Shown one piece after another: positions 1 to 10,223 of a stretch of 57,376 nt of DNA. Numbering within the stretch: position 1 is the stretch's first letter; every line of letters begins with the position of its first letter. The stretch covers positions 1 to 57,376 of the IMG/VR virus record IMGVR_UViG_3300034407_002847. One strand, written 5' to 3'. Source of the DNA: a virus. Lineage: Duplodnaviria > Caudoviricetes. Below the pieces are notes generated by a model. It was not told where the DNA came from. It worked only from the letters and a program-made list of their open reading frames with translations, and did not search any database. Position numbers and translations under genes: made by a program.

Positions 1-1337
1 CCACTAGTAGTTGTATTTCCAGTAATGTATGCATCTTTATAAACCTCAAGATTACCGCTAGTGTTTATTGTACCACTAACACCGAGATTTTCAAAAAGCT
101 GGATGCTACCACCAGAAAAATGTAAATCATTTGCTATAAAAGCAGAGTCTGCATTAAAAATTAGATTGTCGTGCTTAGTATCACCAAAAGTCATCGTGTC
201 TGCTGTGACTTTAAAATCTGATACATGTGCATCTAATGTGCCGCGAACAGTTAAATTCCCATTAAAAATAGAATCGCCACTAGCATGGAAAATTCCACTG
301 ACAGTGAGATCTTTGTTTACTAAAAGATCGCTACCAAGAACAACATTGCCACTAGTGTTTAGTGTACCGCTAATTCCAGCAGTTCCATCTACATCTAGCG
401 TATGTGCTGGAGACAAATGATTCAACCCAAGACGGTTATTAGTCTTATCCCAAGTTAAATATGGATCATATTCGTAAACCCCACTGGTTCTATAGAAAGC
501 TATGTTGCCTGAAGCACCATCAGTATATTGTCTAGCATATTTTTGAGAAAGATCTGGTATATCCCCAGAAGCCAAATATCTAAATGTAGGATACTGCGGT
601 GAGCACTCTGCTGTAGAACAACCACTAGACGGACCAGCAAGTACAAAACCTTTGACCTGTTTCTGGAAAAGCAAGCCTTGGTTGACAATGCCGCTTAAAG
701 AAAATACGGCATCCGTGCCGGTTGTATCATCAAGAACTGTTCTTAAAAATGGTTCTGTTTGTCTCCCACCAGCAGAAGTTATACCGGAGAACATAATACC
801 AGAATCACCAATGATCATGCCAGATGATCGAATAGTTGAAGCATTATTATCACCACCACGTACATCAATTGCATACTGCGGATCGCGAGTTAGAACACCA
901 AGCTTGCTTTTACTGGTATTCCATGTTAGATCTGAACTATAATCTAATATCTGGCTACTACCCCAAAAAGCTAAACCGCTTACAACTGGTGTTTGATGTG
1001 TACTTAATCCACCAGCAGAAAAAACAGCATGTTTACCTGGGTATGTAACAAATACCTCTTTGACACCAGCACCAAAGTTAACTTTAGAATCATTGTTAGA
1101 ACTATCAAATGGAAACCGAGAGATAGCAGGGTTGCTACCATCTTGATGGTATACACCAGACCCAACTTCATAATCCGTACCATCAGTAATAGCATAAAAA
1201 ATAGCGTCATTATAAGTATAATTGCCACTTAATGCACTAAAGCCCGTGGCGGCACCTTCTAGTCTAAAGTTGCCAGTCCCGGTACTGTGACTTATCTCTT
1301 TTATTCTGTCTGATAGAATAATCTTATCAATAGCCAT
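1..1337 (-). CDS. Tail fibre/virion structural protein (runs off window, partial)
   Basis: Not in ORF track; ATG at 1337 opens MAIDKIILSDRIKEISHSTGTGNF... and stays open to base 1; paralogous to 5108..6559 (SDRxKE..TGTG N-terminus, YITGNTT.SG). Confidence 0.8.
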   Translation of the reverse strand, partial: MAIDKIILSDRIKEISHSTGTGNFRLEGAATGFSALSGNYTYNDAIFYAITDGTDYEVGSGVYHQDGSNPAISRFPFDSSNNDSKVNFGAGVKEVFVTYPGKHAVFSAGGLSTHQTPVVSGLAFWGSSQILDYSSDLTWNTSKSKLGVLTRDPQYAIDVRGGDNNASTIRSSGMIIGDSGIMFSGITSAGGRQTEPFLRTVLDDTTGTDAVFSLSGIVNQGLLFQKQVKGFVLAGPSSGCSTAECSPQYPTFRYLASGDIPDLSQKYARQYTDGASGNIAFYRTSGVYEYDPYLTWDKTNNRLGLNHLSPAHTLDVDGTAGISGTLNTSGNVVLGSDLLVNKDLTVSGIFHASGDSIFNGNLTVRGTLDAHVSDFKVTADTMTFGDTKHDNLIFNADSAFIANDLHFSGGSIQLFENLGVSGTINTSGNLEVYKDAYITGNTTTS

Positions 1338-1366
1338 TTATTTTATACCTTTATTATGGTTTATGA

Positions 1367-2308
1367 TTAACCACCGTAACCAACTACAGTAGGTACAGTT
1401 CCAGAGGTTGCATTTGGTTCATATCCATAAACTACAAAATCATTAAGTTTGCCATCGACATATTCACCCGCATCATTTTGAATTACAAAAGTGCAGGTTC
1501 TTAATGCTGAACCGTCATCACCAGTTCTAACAACACATGCTACGGTATTCACATCCATATCAGAAGCAGAACTAGAAGTAGTCGTTCCATTACTTGTTCC
1601 AAAAGCTACATAATTATTATTAGTGAATACACCGGAATTAAATGTAATAGTAAATTTACCAATAGCATTTTTTGTGACACCACTAACATTATACCAAGAA
1701 TGGACAACTGGTGAGCTTGTGCCAACACCAGAAGCATTAAAATGCAACCATGCTTTAGCAGCAGAAAAACCAGTGTTTATACGAGAATTATCACCAAACA
1801 CAAGATCACCAGAGGTAAGGATATCTTCACCCCCAGCACCGTTTGGTGCAAACTTGAATCCTATATTATCATTTCCAGAAGCACCAACCCAATTATTCCC
1901 GACAGCAAGATTGCCAGTCATTTCTCTATTAGATTTATATCCACTAATAGATACATATTGCGTGTGTGGATCTCCGGTAGTTAATCCGGCTAAACTATCA
2001 TGCTCAAGGTTTCTTATGCCAAGAAATGGCTCTGTCTGCCTCGAAGTACTAACTGGAGAATTTGGGAATATAATGCCCGATTCTGCATAGAATGTACCAC
2101 CATTTGATGATATCTTTTTTGCTCTAACATCATTGTAGAATGGATATTTTGTATCAGTATCGCCACTAGCAACTATACGATTTATAGAAAATACTGTATC
2201 TTCCATGTTATTACGAACATCAGCAGCAGAAATCAAACCTGCATTATTATCAGCTAAATTTGTAGCGATATTACTAAGTATATCACCAGAGCTTCTCATT
2301 GTTGCCAT
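1367..2308 (-). CDS. Virion structural/tail protein
   Basis: Gly/Ser/Thr/Asn-rich; N-terminal LxDNxxxxISxADxRN motif shared with 10224..14423. Confidence 0.65.
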   Translation of the reverse strand: MATMRSSGDILSNIATNLADNNAGLISAADVRNNMEDTVFSINRIVASGDTDTKYPFYNDVRAKKISSNGGTFYAESGIIFPNSPVSTSRQTEPFLGIRNLEHDSLAGLTTGDPHTQYVSISGYKSNREMTGNLAVGNNWVGASGNDNIGFKFAPNGAGGEDILTSGDLVFGDNSRINTGFSAAKAWLHFNASGVGTSSPVVHSWYNVSGVTKNAIGKFTITFNSGVFTNNNYVAFGTSNGTTTSSSASDMDVNTVACVVRTGDDGSALRTCTFVIQNDAGEYVDGKLNDFVVYGYEPNATSGTVPTVVGYGG

Positions 2309-2354
2309 TTTAACAAATCCCCTTTTATAAGTCTAACCACTTGAGTTATTAAAT

Positions 2355-2861
2355 TTAAAATATGTGCCCGGATCTACGATCATTATTTCTAACAAAATCA
2401 GACCCCGGACTATATGGGCCTAATATAGCATGTCCAGCAACAGCATTTCCGGCACGATAATCTAATAGTACACTTTCATACCTTTCACATAGATCCTTAT
2501 AGAGGACTGACAATGTACCAGTTACACCTCTAAGATCAATTGAGCTTGGACCGTCCTTGATAGATATAGCATTACCTGATTCACTTCTTATCTCACCACC
2601 AATTATCATACATGCGGCTTTTAAGCATACTAATGCTATAAACGCATTATCTTTTGTATCAGTATCTGTCGGATCTGGACTTAAACTGCAACCCTCGACA
2701 TTAATAGTATATTCATTAGCAAAATCTACATTAAAGGAAGATAACTGTGCCGACACTAAAATAGATGTTTCTATTCTAGTAGTAGAAAAAGAATAACTTG
2801 AGGAATCTACATCGTTAATGAGATACCTAACCATTGTACCCATTTCGCCTTGCCAACTCAT
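2355..2861 (-). CDS. Putative head-tail connector/adaptor protein
   Basis: N-terminal VRYLIND helix typical of adaptor proteins; size and structural-gene context. Confidence 0.5.
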   Translation of the reverse strand: MSWQGEMGTMVRYLINDVDSSSYSFSTTRIETSILVSAQLSSFNVDFANEYTINVEGCSLSPDPTDTDTKDNAFIALVCLKAACMIIGGEIRSESGNAISIKDGPSSIDLRGVTGTLSVLYKDLCERYESVLLDYRAGNAVAGHAILGPYSPGSDFVRNNDRRSGHIF

Positions 2862-2870
2862 AGGAAACCC

Positions 2871-3182
2871 TTATAGATTAGAATGAACTTTAAAAGTGTA
2901 GATGTCAGTATAAAATGTACCACTAGGAATGGTCACTTTACCCTGCATTTTATATACACCTACCGCGTCAAGATCGCCAGCGACAGTATCGTAATACATA
3001 ATCCCTGAAGATTCGCTACCTCCACCAAGTCCTGAAGCAGTTCTGTTCAATACAGAATCATCCGGTTTTCTAAAATTTAACTGTTTTAAGGTGGCACTGG
3101 TCAAATTTACAGCTACTCCATCGTCTTTAACGGTAACTAGAAAACGTGTACCTATGTCATCTTGATGTATTTCGCTAGCCAT
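2871..3182 (-). CDS. BppU N-terminal-like baseplate/virion protein
   Basis: IHQDDIG..F.VTV.D.G.AVNLT, FRKPD and GDLD..G.Y..Q pattern. Confidence 0.6.
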   Translation of the reverse strand: MASEIHQDDIGTRFLVTVKDDGVAVNLTSATLKQLNFRKPDDSVLNRTASGLGGGSESSGIMYYDTVAGDLDAVGVYKMQGKVTIPSGTFYTDIYTFKVHSNL

Positions 3183-3407
3183 TTTGACTCACTAAAGTAT
3201 TAAAGTAACTGAAGTTGAAATATTTATGCTTAATGTGATTTCTATAACCATATCATTTCTCGTATAGATTTAATGTAACATTAACCACTTGTTGAACCGA
3301 TATATCTATAGATATTACCTCGCCATTAGATGTTAGTACCATATGTCTAGTAGAAGACAGGGGGTATTCGCTAAAAACAGTACCAAATATCATAGTTAAT
3401 CCAGTAT

Positions 3408-3416
3408 ATTATACAC
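3408..3416 (-). promoter_or_regulatory. GTGTATAAT phage promoter motif
   Basis: Same or near-identical motif upstream of gene blocks at 14954-14962(-), 21327-21335(-), 23448-23456(-), 30797-30805(-), 35624-35632(+), 40386-40394(+), 51390-51398(+). Confidence 0.6.
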
Positions 3417-3443
3417 TAAAATAAAGATTTCACACAAAACAGA

Positions 3444-4385
3444 TTATACACCAACCAACGAGGGACGTAATAAAGCATTGGTTACGGACACAATAGAGGA
3501 TAGAGCCGGATTAACTACACCTGAAATTGTAAAGTTAAATGGGTCTTCATCGGCATCATTGTTTTCAATGCTAATCTGACCAGCTTTTGTGCCCACAGTA
3601 GAATTGTCCAATCGTACAGAAAATGTATCATTAGCTGAAGCAGATATAGTAGAGTCAAGACCTTCCGTGAGGGTAAATCCTGTGGGTAAGCTTGGAGTAC
3701 CTAAAGTTAAATCAGCATCACCAGTATTAGTAACTTTGAAAATTCTGGTAACTGTACTACCACCCGCAGTAATCGTTCCAAAAGCTGTGCCATCTGCGGT
3801 GCGAGGAGAGGTATCTCCGTCTGCAATGTTTTCATCGTCCAATCCAGTCATAACAATTTCTGGTGCCGCTGCAACATTATAGGTTATTTCTAATTGTATT
3901 TCAGAAAGAGTTAATTCACAATCATCTCCATCACCCGGCCCTTCATGAGTAACTTTTAATTGCACTCCGTGCCAAGTTGTTTTAGTAGTCGATCCGGTTC
4001 GAGTGAAACTTACAGTGTCGGTACGAAAGGAACTAGAGACTGCTGATCCATCGATTGCCAGCGATATTTTATCTGATAGAGCTGTTGTTCCATCTGCTGC
4101 AAATAGTTGGTATGAGACATCATCGTCATCGTTATTAAAACCCTTCTGACGCACCTTCATTGTTACCGCTGTAATTGCATCAAAATTGGCAGGCATATTT
4201 TCAAAGCCAAAGTATGCAGATTTAGCAGAACCGCCTTCAGATATGCTAGACCTAATAAAGTCGGTATCATCCGGCGAAGATGTACCATTATTAATAGCAC
4301 CAAATCTATCGGAAGGACCACCAGTTATTGCAAAATTAGTAGCCCCTGTTCCATCAGCATTTGGTTTTACTGTTACGGTTGCCAT
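3444..4385 (-). CDS. Virion protein with C-terminal choice-of-anchor-D/ASH Ig-like domain
   Basis: APEIV..IADGD..GTAFG..F.VTNTG.ADLTL..NND.DE.PF.F.ISG; N-terminus paralogous to 7637..10222. Confidence 0.7.
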   Translation of the reverse strand: MATVTVKPNADGTGATNFAITGGPSDRFGAINNGTSSPDDTDFIRSSISEGGSAKSAYFGFENMPANFDAITAVTMKVRQKGFNNDDDDVSYQLFAADGTTALSDKISLAIDGSAVSSSFRTDTVSFTRTGSTTKTTWHGVQLKVTHEGPGDGDDCELTLSEIQLEITYNVAAAPEIVMTGLDDENIADGDTSPRTADGTAFGTITAGGSTVTRIFKVTNTGDADLTLGTPSLPTGFTLTEGLDSTISASANDTFSVRLDNSTVGTKAGQISIENNDADEDPFNFTISGVVNPALSSIVSVTNALLRPSLVGV

Positions 4386-4406
4386 TACACTCTCCTAATA
4401 ATAAAC

Positions 4407-4799
4407 TTATACTTGTTGATTTTCCCATTCAGGCTTAAGACCTGTTAAAGTCAGATCTACACCAGCAGTACCTGCATAATCGTAGGGGTAAGCAAGGTAT
4501 CTTGGTGGCACAAGTGAATCATCATCACCAAATGCCTCTGGGTATGATGTCATCACAAATTCCAAAAATTCTCCAGCATCTGATAACATCGTACCGATTT
4601 CTACCTGATTTTGATCAATAGTAGCTTGTAGATCTGTTATTGAAATTGCCTTATCGCTATGAGTTCTTGGCGTTTGCCAAAAAGACTCATAAGCATCTTT
4701 CCATAATTTAATGATACCATCCCTAGTCACATTAGCTTGATCTACACGATCATTAAACGCTTTCTGACTATCGTAAGACAGTGTTATCTTCTGATACAT
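4407..4799 (-). CDS. Hypothetical protein
   Basis: 130-aa ORF in operon. Confidence 0.7.
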   Translation of the reverse strand: MYQKITLSYDSQKAFNDRVDQANVTRDGIIKLWKDAYESFWQTPRTHSDKAISITDLQATIDQNQVEIGTMLSDAGEFLEFVMTSYPEAFGDDDSLVPPRYLAYPYDYAGTAGVDLTLTGLKPEWENQQV

Positions 4800-4812
4800 A
4801 ATAAAATACCTT

Positions 4813-5097
4813 TTATATTAATTCAGCTACTTTAGCTGATAATTCCTTTAAGTCTTCTCGTGCTTGCCTATGGCCTTCCATTAATCCTTCTAATTTTCCA
4901 ACTTTCTCTGACATTTCTACAGACCACTTGTCACGCTCTACATGTCTATCCTCGCAATCGTTTAGCTTTACAGATATACGTTTTTCAGTTTTTAGCATTT
5001 GATGATGCATTGCTCTCCATAATACCGCAATAGCACCAGAAAGAGACATTATTAATGGTAGAATAATTTTATATACAGTTTCTAAGCCTTCTGACAT
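4813..5097 (-). CDS. Small membrane protein with coiled coil (holin-like?)
   Basis: One N-terminal hydrophobic helix followed by charged coiled coil. Confidence 0.45.
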   Translation of the reverse strand: MSEGLETVYKIILPLIMSLSGAIAVLWRAMHHQMLKTEKRISVKLNDCEDRHVERDKWSVEMSEKVGKLEGLMEGHRQAREDLKELSAKVAELI

Positions 5098-5107
5098 GTC
5101 ATTCTTT

Positions 5108-6559
5108 CTATGCTGGATTGTTTGTAGAACAAGCTATCCAAGCTTTTACACCATTTATTTCGACTTGAATATGATGCGTAGTAGCACCAGTATTGGTTAA
5201 TGTAGAAATGGCGGATGTTGCATCCGCATCTGCCGATGCACGGAAATTAATCAATCCAGCATCTTCCGTGGTTTTGTCAACAACGACATCACCAGTAAAC
5301 TGTACAGCAGTAGGAAATTCAATATCTCTTACCGCACCTATACCATCAGCCTCTGCAGCAATTATAAAATTACTAGACAACCGACCATAAACACTTAATC
5401 TCTCATAACTGGAAGCAGTTATAAATTTATTATACACATTTAATTTAGATGGGCTTGAAGTTTGTCCCAAATGTAAATTACCATTTTTATCTACTAAAGA
5501 TAATACTGTACCCCCATCATTAGCCCATTCTTGTATAGACGCTGTATGAGAAGAGCCTCCGTCCACCGTTAATGCTGGATAAGAATTGGCCGATGAATCA
5601 ATATGAACACCCGTTACTGCATGTGCTTTTATAATATTGTCATTTTGATGCTGAACTACAAATCCATCAGGGTGAGATAACCTAAGCGAACTTGTGGAAT
5701 TTGCTACTAACCTTACGTCTCCATCTTTGCCATGCACATAAGCATGATCTGGGGCTTCTGAAGTATCATCAGGACTACTTTTAAGACCCAGCTTCCATGT
5801 TGGAGAAATTTCACCGTCATTATGTAAACTTACTGTTCTATCGTACACACTATCCACATAAGCATGAAATATATTACCCGGTTCCGATAATTTAAATGTT
5901 GTTACTTTTTTATTATAAGGTGTTAAATTAAGATTTCCACTAATCTGTACGTTATTAATTCCACCATTAATGTCTAAATTGTTTACACTAGCAGTTTCAT
6001 GAATAGTAACATCGCTATTAAATGTGGCACTATTATTGATCTCTGCGGTTCCACTTACGCCTATGTTTCCTGCTATAGACATGTCACCCGCTAGAGACAA
6101 ATCTTTATTAAATACCACATCGCCACTAGCATTAAAAATACCACTAATAGTAGTATTTCCAGTGATGTACATATCGTTAGAAACGATAACATTTCCAGAA
6201 CCAAGTTGAATGATAGATTTGGCAGGTACATCCAAGGCACCATCAGCATTTAAAAAAACCGCTTTGCTAGCTGGGTAAGTACAGAAAACAATAGACACGC
6301 CATTTAAATTAATACCTGAGCCTGCTCCAAGTGAACTACCAAAAACGGTATCTCTCGACAAAGTGTTCCCCGAGGCACTATATGTGCCTAGACCAACCTC
6401 CCATCTTGACTCGTTTTCTATGCCGTAATAGGTCTGGTTACCATCACCCACAGACGATCCAAAAGACTGGAATGCTCCGAAAGTTCCACCGAGAGATACC
6501 GTACCAGTACCGGTGGTAATGGACGTTTCTTTTACCCTATCTGAAATCACAAGAGACAT
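5108..6559 (-). CDS. Tail fibre/virion structural protein
   Basis: SDRVKETSITTGTG..YYGIE..WEVGLGTY..TLSR..VFCTYPA N-terminal module common in phage fibres; beta-helix-like repeats. Confidence 0.7.
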   Translation of the reverse strand: MSLVISDRVKETSITTGTGTVSLGGTFGAFQSFGSSVGDGNQTYYGIENESRWEVGLGTYSASGNTLSRDTVFGSSLGAGSGINLNGVSIVFCTYPASKAVFLNADGALDVPAKSIIQLGSGNVIVSNDMYITGNTTISGIFNASGDVVFNKDLSLAGDMSIAGNIGVSGTAEINNSATFNSDVTIHETASVNNLDINGGINNVQISGNLNLTPYNKKVTTFKLSEPGNIFHAYVDSVYDRTVSLHNDGEISPTWKLGLKSSPDDTSEAPDHAYVHGKDGDVRLVANSTSSLRLSHPDGFVVQHQNDNIIKAHAVTGVHIDSSANSYPALTVDGGSSHTASIQEWANDGGTVLSLVDKNGNLHLGQTSSPSKLNVYNKFITASSYERLSVYGRLSSNFIIAAEADGIGAVRDIEFPTAVQFTGDVVVDKTTEDAGLINFRASADADATSAISTLTNTGATTHHIQVEINGVKAWIACSTNNPA

Positions 6560-6562
6560 AAT

Positions 6563-7600
6563 TTACCTATAATAAGAATTTGCTTCTTCTATGTATTTAT
6601 TTATTTTCTCAGATGGAAAATCTTTAAAATGATCCATTATTGGTTGTAAATCTAAACCAAGTTCTGTAAATTCCAAAATATAATTTCTTACTTTGTTATC
6701 TAATGAAAGTGTATAGTTAACACCGCTTGGCCTTTGAAATCTATGTAACCATCTTAAAAATGGAAGACATACAGCCTTTCTGCCATTTTGCCTATACTTA
6801 GTATGAATATATCCTTCTTCTCCACCAAATCCCATACTATGCTCATTGAAACCCAACCAAGATTCTTTTCTAACTAAAAATAAACCTAAACCTTGAGCAA
6901 AAATCTCAAAAGGTTCTGGATTATTATCACATGCTTCATATCCCCATTGTTGTTGTAATGTTCGTTTATGTTGGTTGGCATTAATTTCAGGTAAAGCTAA
7001 TCCACAAGAGGGACACTTATCTATATATTCCTGTTCGACCAATGAAACATATTTAACTGATTGGTCTTGGCCATTAGGAACGGGTGAAAATTTAAACTCA
7101 CAGTCTTTGCAAGAAAAAGCAGACCCCCATTGCCCCCACATTCCTCCTCCCCACACATTATTAAAATGCGTATAAGTGATCATCATACTGTCATGAACCA
7201 GAGGTCCGGAATATAAATGATCGGTTTCCTTGTTTTTGTCTAGAAAATTAAATAATGTAACTAAAGCACCTACCGTTGGACATAACATAACATGACAGTC
7301 CATTACTAATACAAAGTCACCTGTTGCTTCCGATATTACTTTATTCCTAGTAGCAGAAGTCCCAAAGGTATCCTCTTCTATGATATATTTTATGTTTGAC
7401 GTATCAGGTAAATTATTCTTAGAGAATTCTTTTAATACCTCTCCGTGTTTACTTGTTGGATTATTATCTAATATAACAAATTCTATTTCGTTTAATAAAT
7501 GCCCATAGTTATTGAATATTAACTCTTTCCTAATATCCTGAATTGTAAAATAAGCACCATCAAAATCATCATAATGTGCCATTCCTATTGTTAATTTCAT
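6563..7600 (-). CDS. Glycosyltransferase family 2 with inserted CxxC...CxxC ribbon
   Basis: LTIGMAHY, VILDN, SATRN...ATGDFVLVMDCH, GFGGEEGY; CKDC/CPSC insertion. Confidence 0.8.
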   Translation of the reverse strand: MKLTIGMAHYDDFDGAYFTIQDIRKELIFNNYGHLLNEIEFVILDNNPTSKHGEVLKEFSKNNLPDTSNIKYIIEEDTFGTSATRNKVISEATGDFVLVMDCHVMLCPTVGALVTLFNFLDKNKETDHLYSGPLVHDSMMITYTHFNNVWGGGMWGQWGSAFSCKDCEFKFSPVPNGQDQSVKYVSLVEQEYIDKCPSCGLALPEINANQHKRTLQQQWGYEACDNNPEPFEIFAQGLGLFLVRKESWLGFNEHSMGFGGEEGYIHTKYRQNGRKAVCLPFLRWLHRFQRPSGVNYTLSLDNKVRNYILEFTELGLDLQPIMDHFKDFPSEKINKYIEEANSYYR

Positions 7601-7636
7601 AATTTGTCCTTCTTTAATTTTCCTTATTAATTTTTT

Positions 7637-10222
7637 TTAACAGATCCAGTTTGAACAAGTGTTTGAATCAAAAGCAAAGAAAAAGGATGGTGGACTCCCA
7701 CATAGTGGCGGTTTTTGTATTCCGGTAATACGAAAATTCTCAAAACAAGGCATACTAAGAATGTCAACAGTCCATTTATTGGCTTCATCTATCTTTTTAT
7801 CTTTGTTGCAAGTGGTTTTAAGATGAAATGCATCACCATTTACATTACCATCAAACTCATATACGAACTCAGATATTTTCGTCAGAGTAACCGTCATCTG
7901 ATAACATGGTTGTTGGTCAGTCAGGTGTTCAAGATTTTCACCAAAAGGACCACCGCCTTCGTAAAACACAAAGTTAGCAACGCCATCCCAGTCGCAACAA
8001 CCTGCATCGAATAGACAACATTCACAATCTTTGGTGTCAGCCCATGTACCAGTAAAGATAGGAGGTTGATCACAGGATTGACTATCTGCAGCAAGACCAG
8101 TTCCTACTGGGTATATTGGAGTAGCACAGGGGCGTTCAAGTTTTTCTAGTGACCATTTGTTGGTATTTCCCGCATGTAAATTTGTGTCACAACTTACTTC
8201 TATACTTACCTCGTCACCACAATCAAGCGGACCATTATATTCCCAATTGTTTGCACCACTTTTTGTAAATTGTATCTCCTGAACAAAACGACAATATGGA
8301 CATTTTGGGTCAGCGTCTGAACAATTATAATGCACCTCAACATATGCAGCTTGGACCGCAGTGTCACCGCCGTCTTGACCTGCATTGGGTCCATTTATAA
8401 TTTCCATTTGAATATTAGATACGCCATTTGACAAGTCGTCAGTAACATCCCAAGTGTATTTTTCCCATTCACAACATATCCCCGTTTCTTTTTCAGCATG
8501 TATTTTTTTACCTAGCCAAGCACCGTCCCACATAAGATTCACTCCAGATCCCTCAGTCTGGCTAGTATATACAAAAAGACTAACCGCAGTAGAAGTAGCT
8601 GGAGTTGGCGGAACATTTTCAACACCAAATATAATACTGTCTCCATCATTTGTAGAATAAATCTCACCATAAGAACCCGGAAATGCATGAAAAGGGTATC
8701 GAGATCCTTTAGCAACTACTTTTGTATAATCATCATCTATACTCCATCCAATTTTCGATACATCAGAATTTGGATCAAGAAATAATCCTGAAGGCCCAGC
8801 AAACGATATTCTACCAACGCCATTCCAATCACAACATCCCTCACAGCACAAGCAAGAATCCGCGTCAGTTAACTCAAAAAAGAAAGTTGGTGCTTCTTGA
8901 CAGACACCTACTGTGCCTGGATCTTGACCAGTAAATGTCATAGAAGTGGCACAAGGCATATTATTACTAATTACCGACCATTTATCTAATGAACCAAGAT
9001 CTTCTGTAGTATCACATGCAAGAGACATTTGTAATATATCTCCACAATCCGTTAAACCATTAAAAGTCCAAGTATGTTCGGGACTTTCTGTAAAGCTACC
9101 GTTAATACTAAAATCGCATATGCCGGTAACTGTTATTGTTCCATTGCCATCCCAGTCGCAACATTCTGGAGCTATTGTTGTAGTCGTTGTAGTTGTAGTT
9201 GTAGTACAACCTAATGTACACGCTTCTACAGTTGAATATGTACCATCTACAGCTTGGGAACATGATGTATCTGTTGGTAAATTACATTTATAATACCAAC
9301 AACCTGATTGACATCCTGATAAACTACTATAAGTACCACCTCCATCGGGATCTTCGACACATTCATTATCTATACAATTCCAACTAGGCACACAAGCTTC
9401 TAAACATTGTTCTTGACTACCATAAGCTCCTCCAAACTCTTCAACGCACCTGTCAGATGTTGTACCATTTGGATCTAAGCAACTCCAACGTGGCTCTAGA
9501 GGTTCAGGGCAAACAACATCGACACCAGAACTTGGAGCACCAGATGTCCAAATGGCAAAAGGATATTGCGACAAACAATCTGCTTGAGTCAACCACGAAA
9601 GAACTTTCGAACTTCCATCTTCATAATAACAACATGCACCGCTTGCCCCTAAATGCTCAGGACAATTAACACATGAATCACCAGAAGTATGATGTACATT
9701 AACTTGTATTTCTGATATATCAAGAGGACTTGTAGTTTCCTCACAAGTCACTGTCATTTTAAGTAGTGCATCTTCCCAGTTGCCAGGACAAGGACCGCCT
9801 CTTTCACCACCAGGTTTGAAGTCAAAATTAAATACATGATTTTGAAATGTACCTTGGCTAGATTGGAAGACACCACCAGTAGAATGAGACTTACCACTAG
9901 GATAAGTTAATGCGGTACTTCCATTTGATTCAAAAAATTGCAAATCAAGAGTATAATCGTCCTCTTGGCTATTAACCCGTAATCTTACAATACCAGAGAT
10001 AGATTGAATAATATTAGTATAGCTAGGAAGATCTTCTAACCCAAGAAACTGAACTTGTCCACCAGCTTGGTCTACTTCAACTCCGGAACTTCGTAGAAAT
10101 GTAGCATCAAATGCTTGAACAATTCCGCTATTAACGGTGTGAAACTTTACTGAAGGCCCACCTACAGCTATAAAGTCTCCCGTTCCGTCACCGCTAGGGA
10201 AAAGTATAGTCTCTATTGGCAT
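7637..10222 (-). CDS. Cysteine-rich modular virion/surface protein with poly-Thr linker
   Basis: Three C..G.Y.S...C...C repeats, Thr tract, three CCDWxG modules. Confidence 0.75.
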   Translation of the reverse strand: MPIETILFPSGDGTGDFIAVGGPSVKFHTVNSGIVQAFDATFLRSSGVEVDQAGGQVQFLGLEDLPSYTNIIQSISGIVRLRVNSQEDDYTLDLQFFESNGSTALTYPSGKSHSTGGVFQSSQGTFQNHVFNFDFKPGGERGGPCPGNWEDALLKMTVTCEETTSPLDISEIQVNVHHTSGDSCVNCPEHLGASGACCYYEDGSSKVLSWLTQADCLSQYPFAIWTSGAPSSGVDVVCPEPLEPRWSCLDPNGTTSDRCVEEFGGAYGSQEQCLEACVPSWNCIDNECVEDPDGGGTYSSLSGCQSGCWYYKCNLPTDTSCSQAVDGTYSTVEACTLGCTTTTTTTTTTIAPECCDWDGNGTITVTGICDFSINGSFTESPEHTWTFNGLTDCGDILQMSLACDTTEDLGSLDKWSVISNNMPCATSMTFTGQDPGTVGVCQEAPTFFFELTDADSCLCCEGCCDWNGVGRISFAGPSGLFLDPNSDVSKIGWSIDDDYTKVVAKGSRYPFHAFPGSYGEIYSTNDGDSIIFGVENVPPTPATSTAVSLFVYTSQTEGSGVNLMWDGAWLGKKIHAEKETGICCEWEKYTWDVTDDLSNGVSNIQMEIINGPNAGQDGGDTAVQAAYVEVHYNCSDADPKCPYCRFVQEIQFTKSGANNWEYNGPLDCGDEVSIEVSCDTNLHAGNTNKWSLEKLERPCATPIYPVGTGLAADSQSCDQPPIFTGTWADTKDCECCLFDAGCCDWDGVANFVFYEGGGPFGENLEHLTDQQPCYQMTVTLTKISEFVYEFDGNVNGDAFHLKTTCNKDKKIDEANKWTVDILSMPCFENFRITGIQKPPLCGSPPSFFFAFDSNTCSNWIC

Positions 10223-10223
10223 G

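Noticed and set aside
9176-9206. GTT/GTA trinucleotide tandem repeat
   Set aside because: Encodes the poly-Thr linker with mixed codons; not a separate element.
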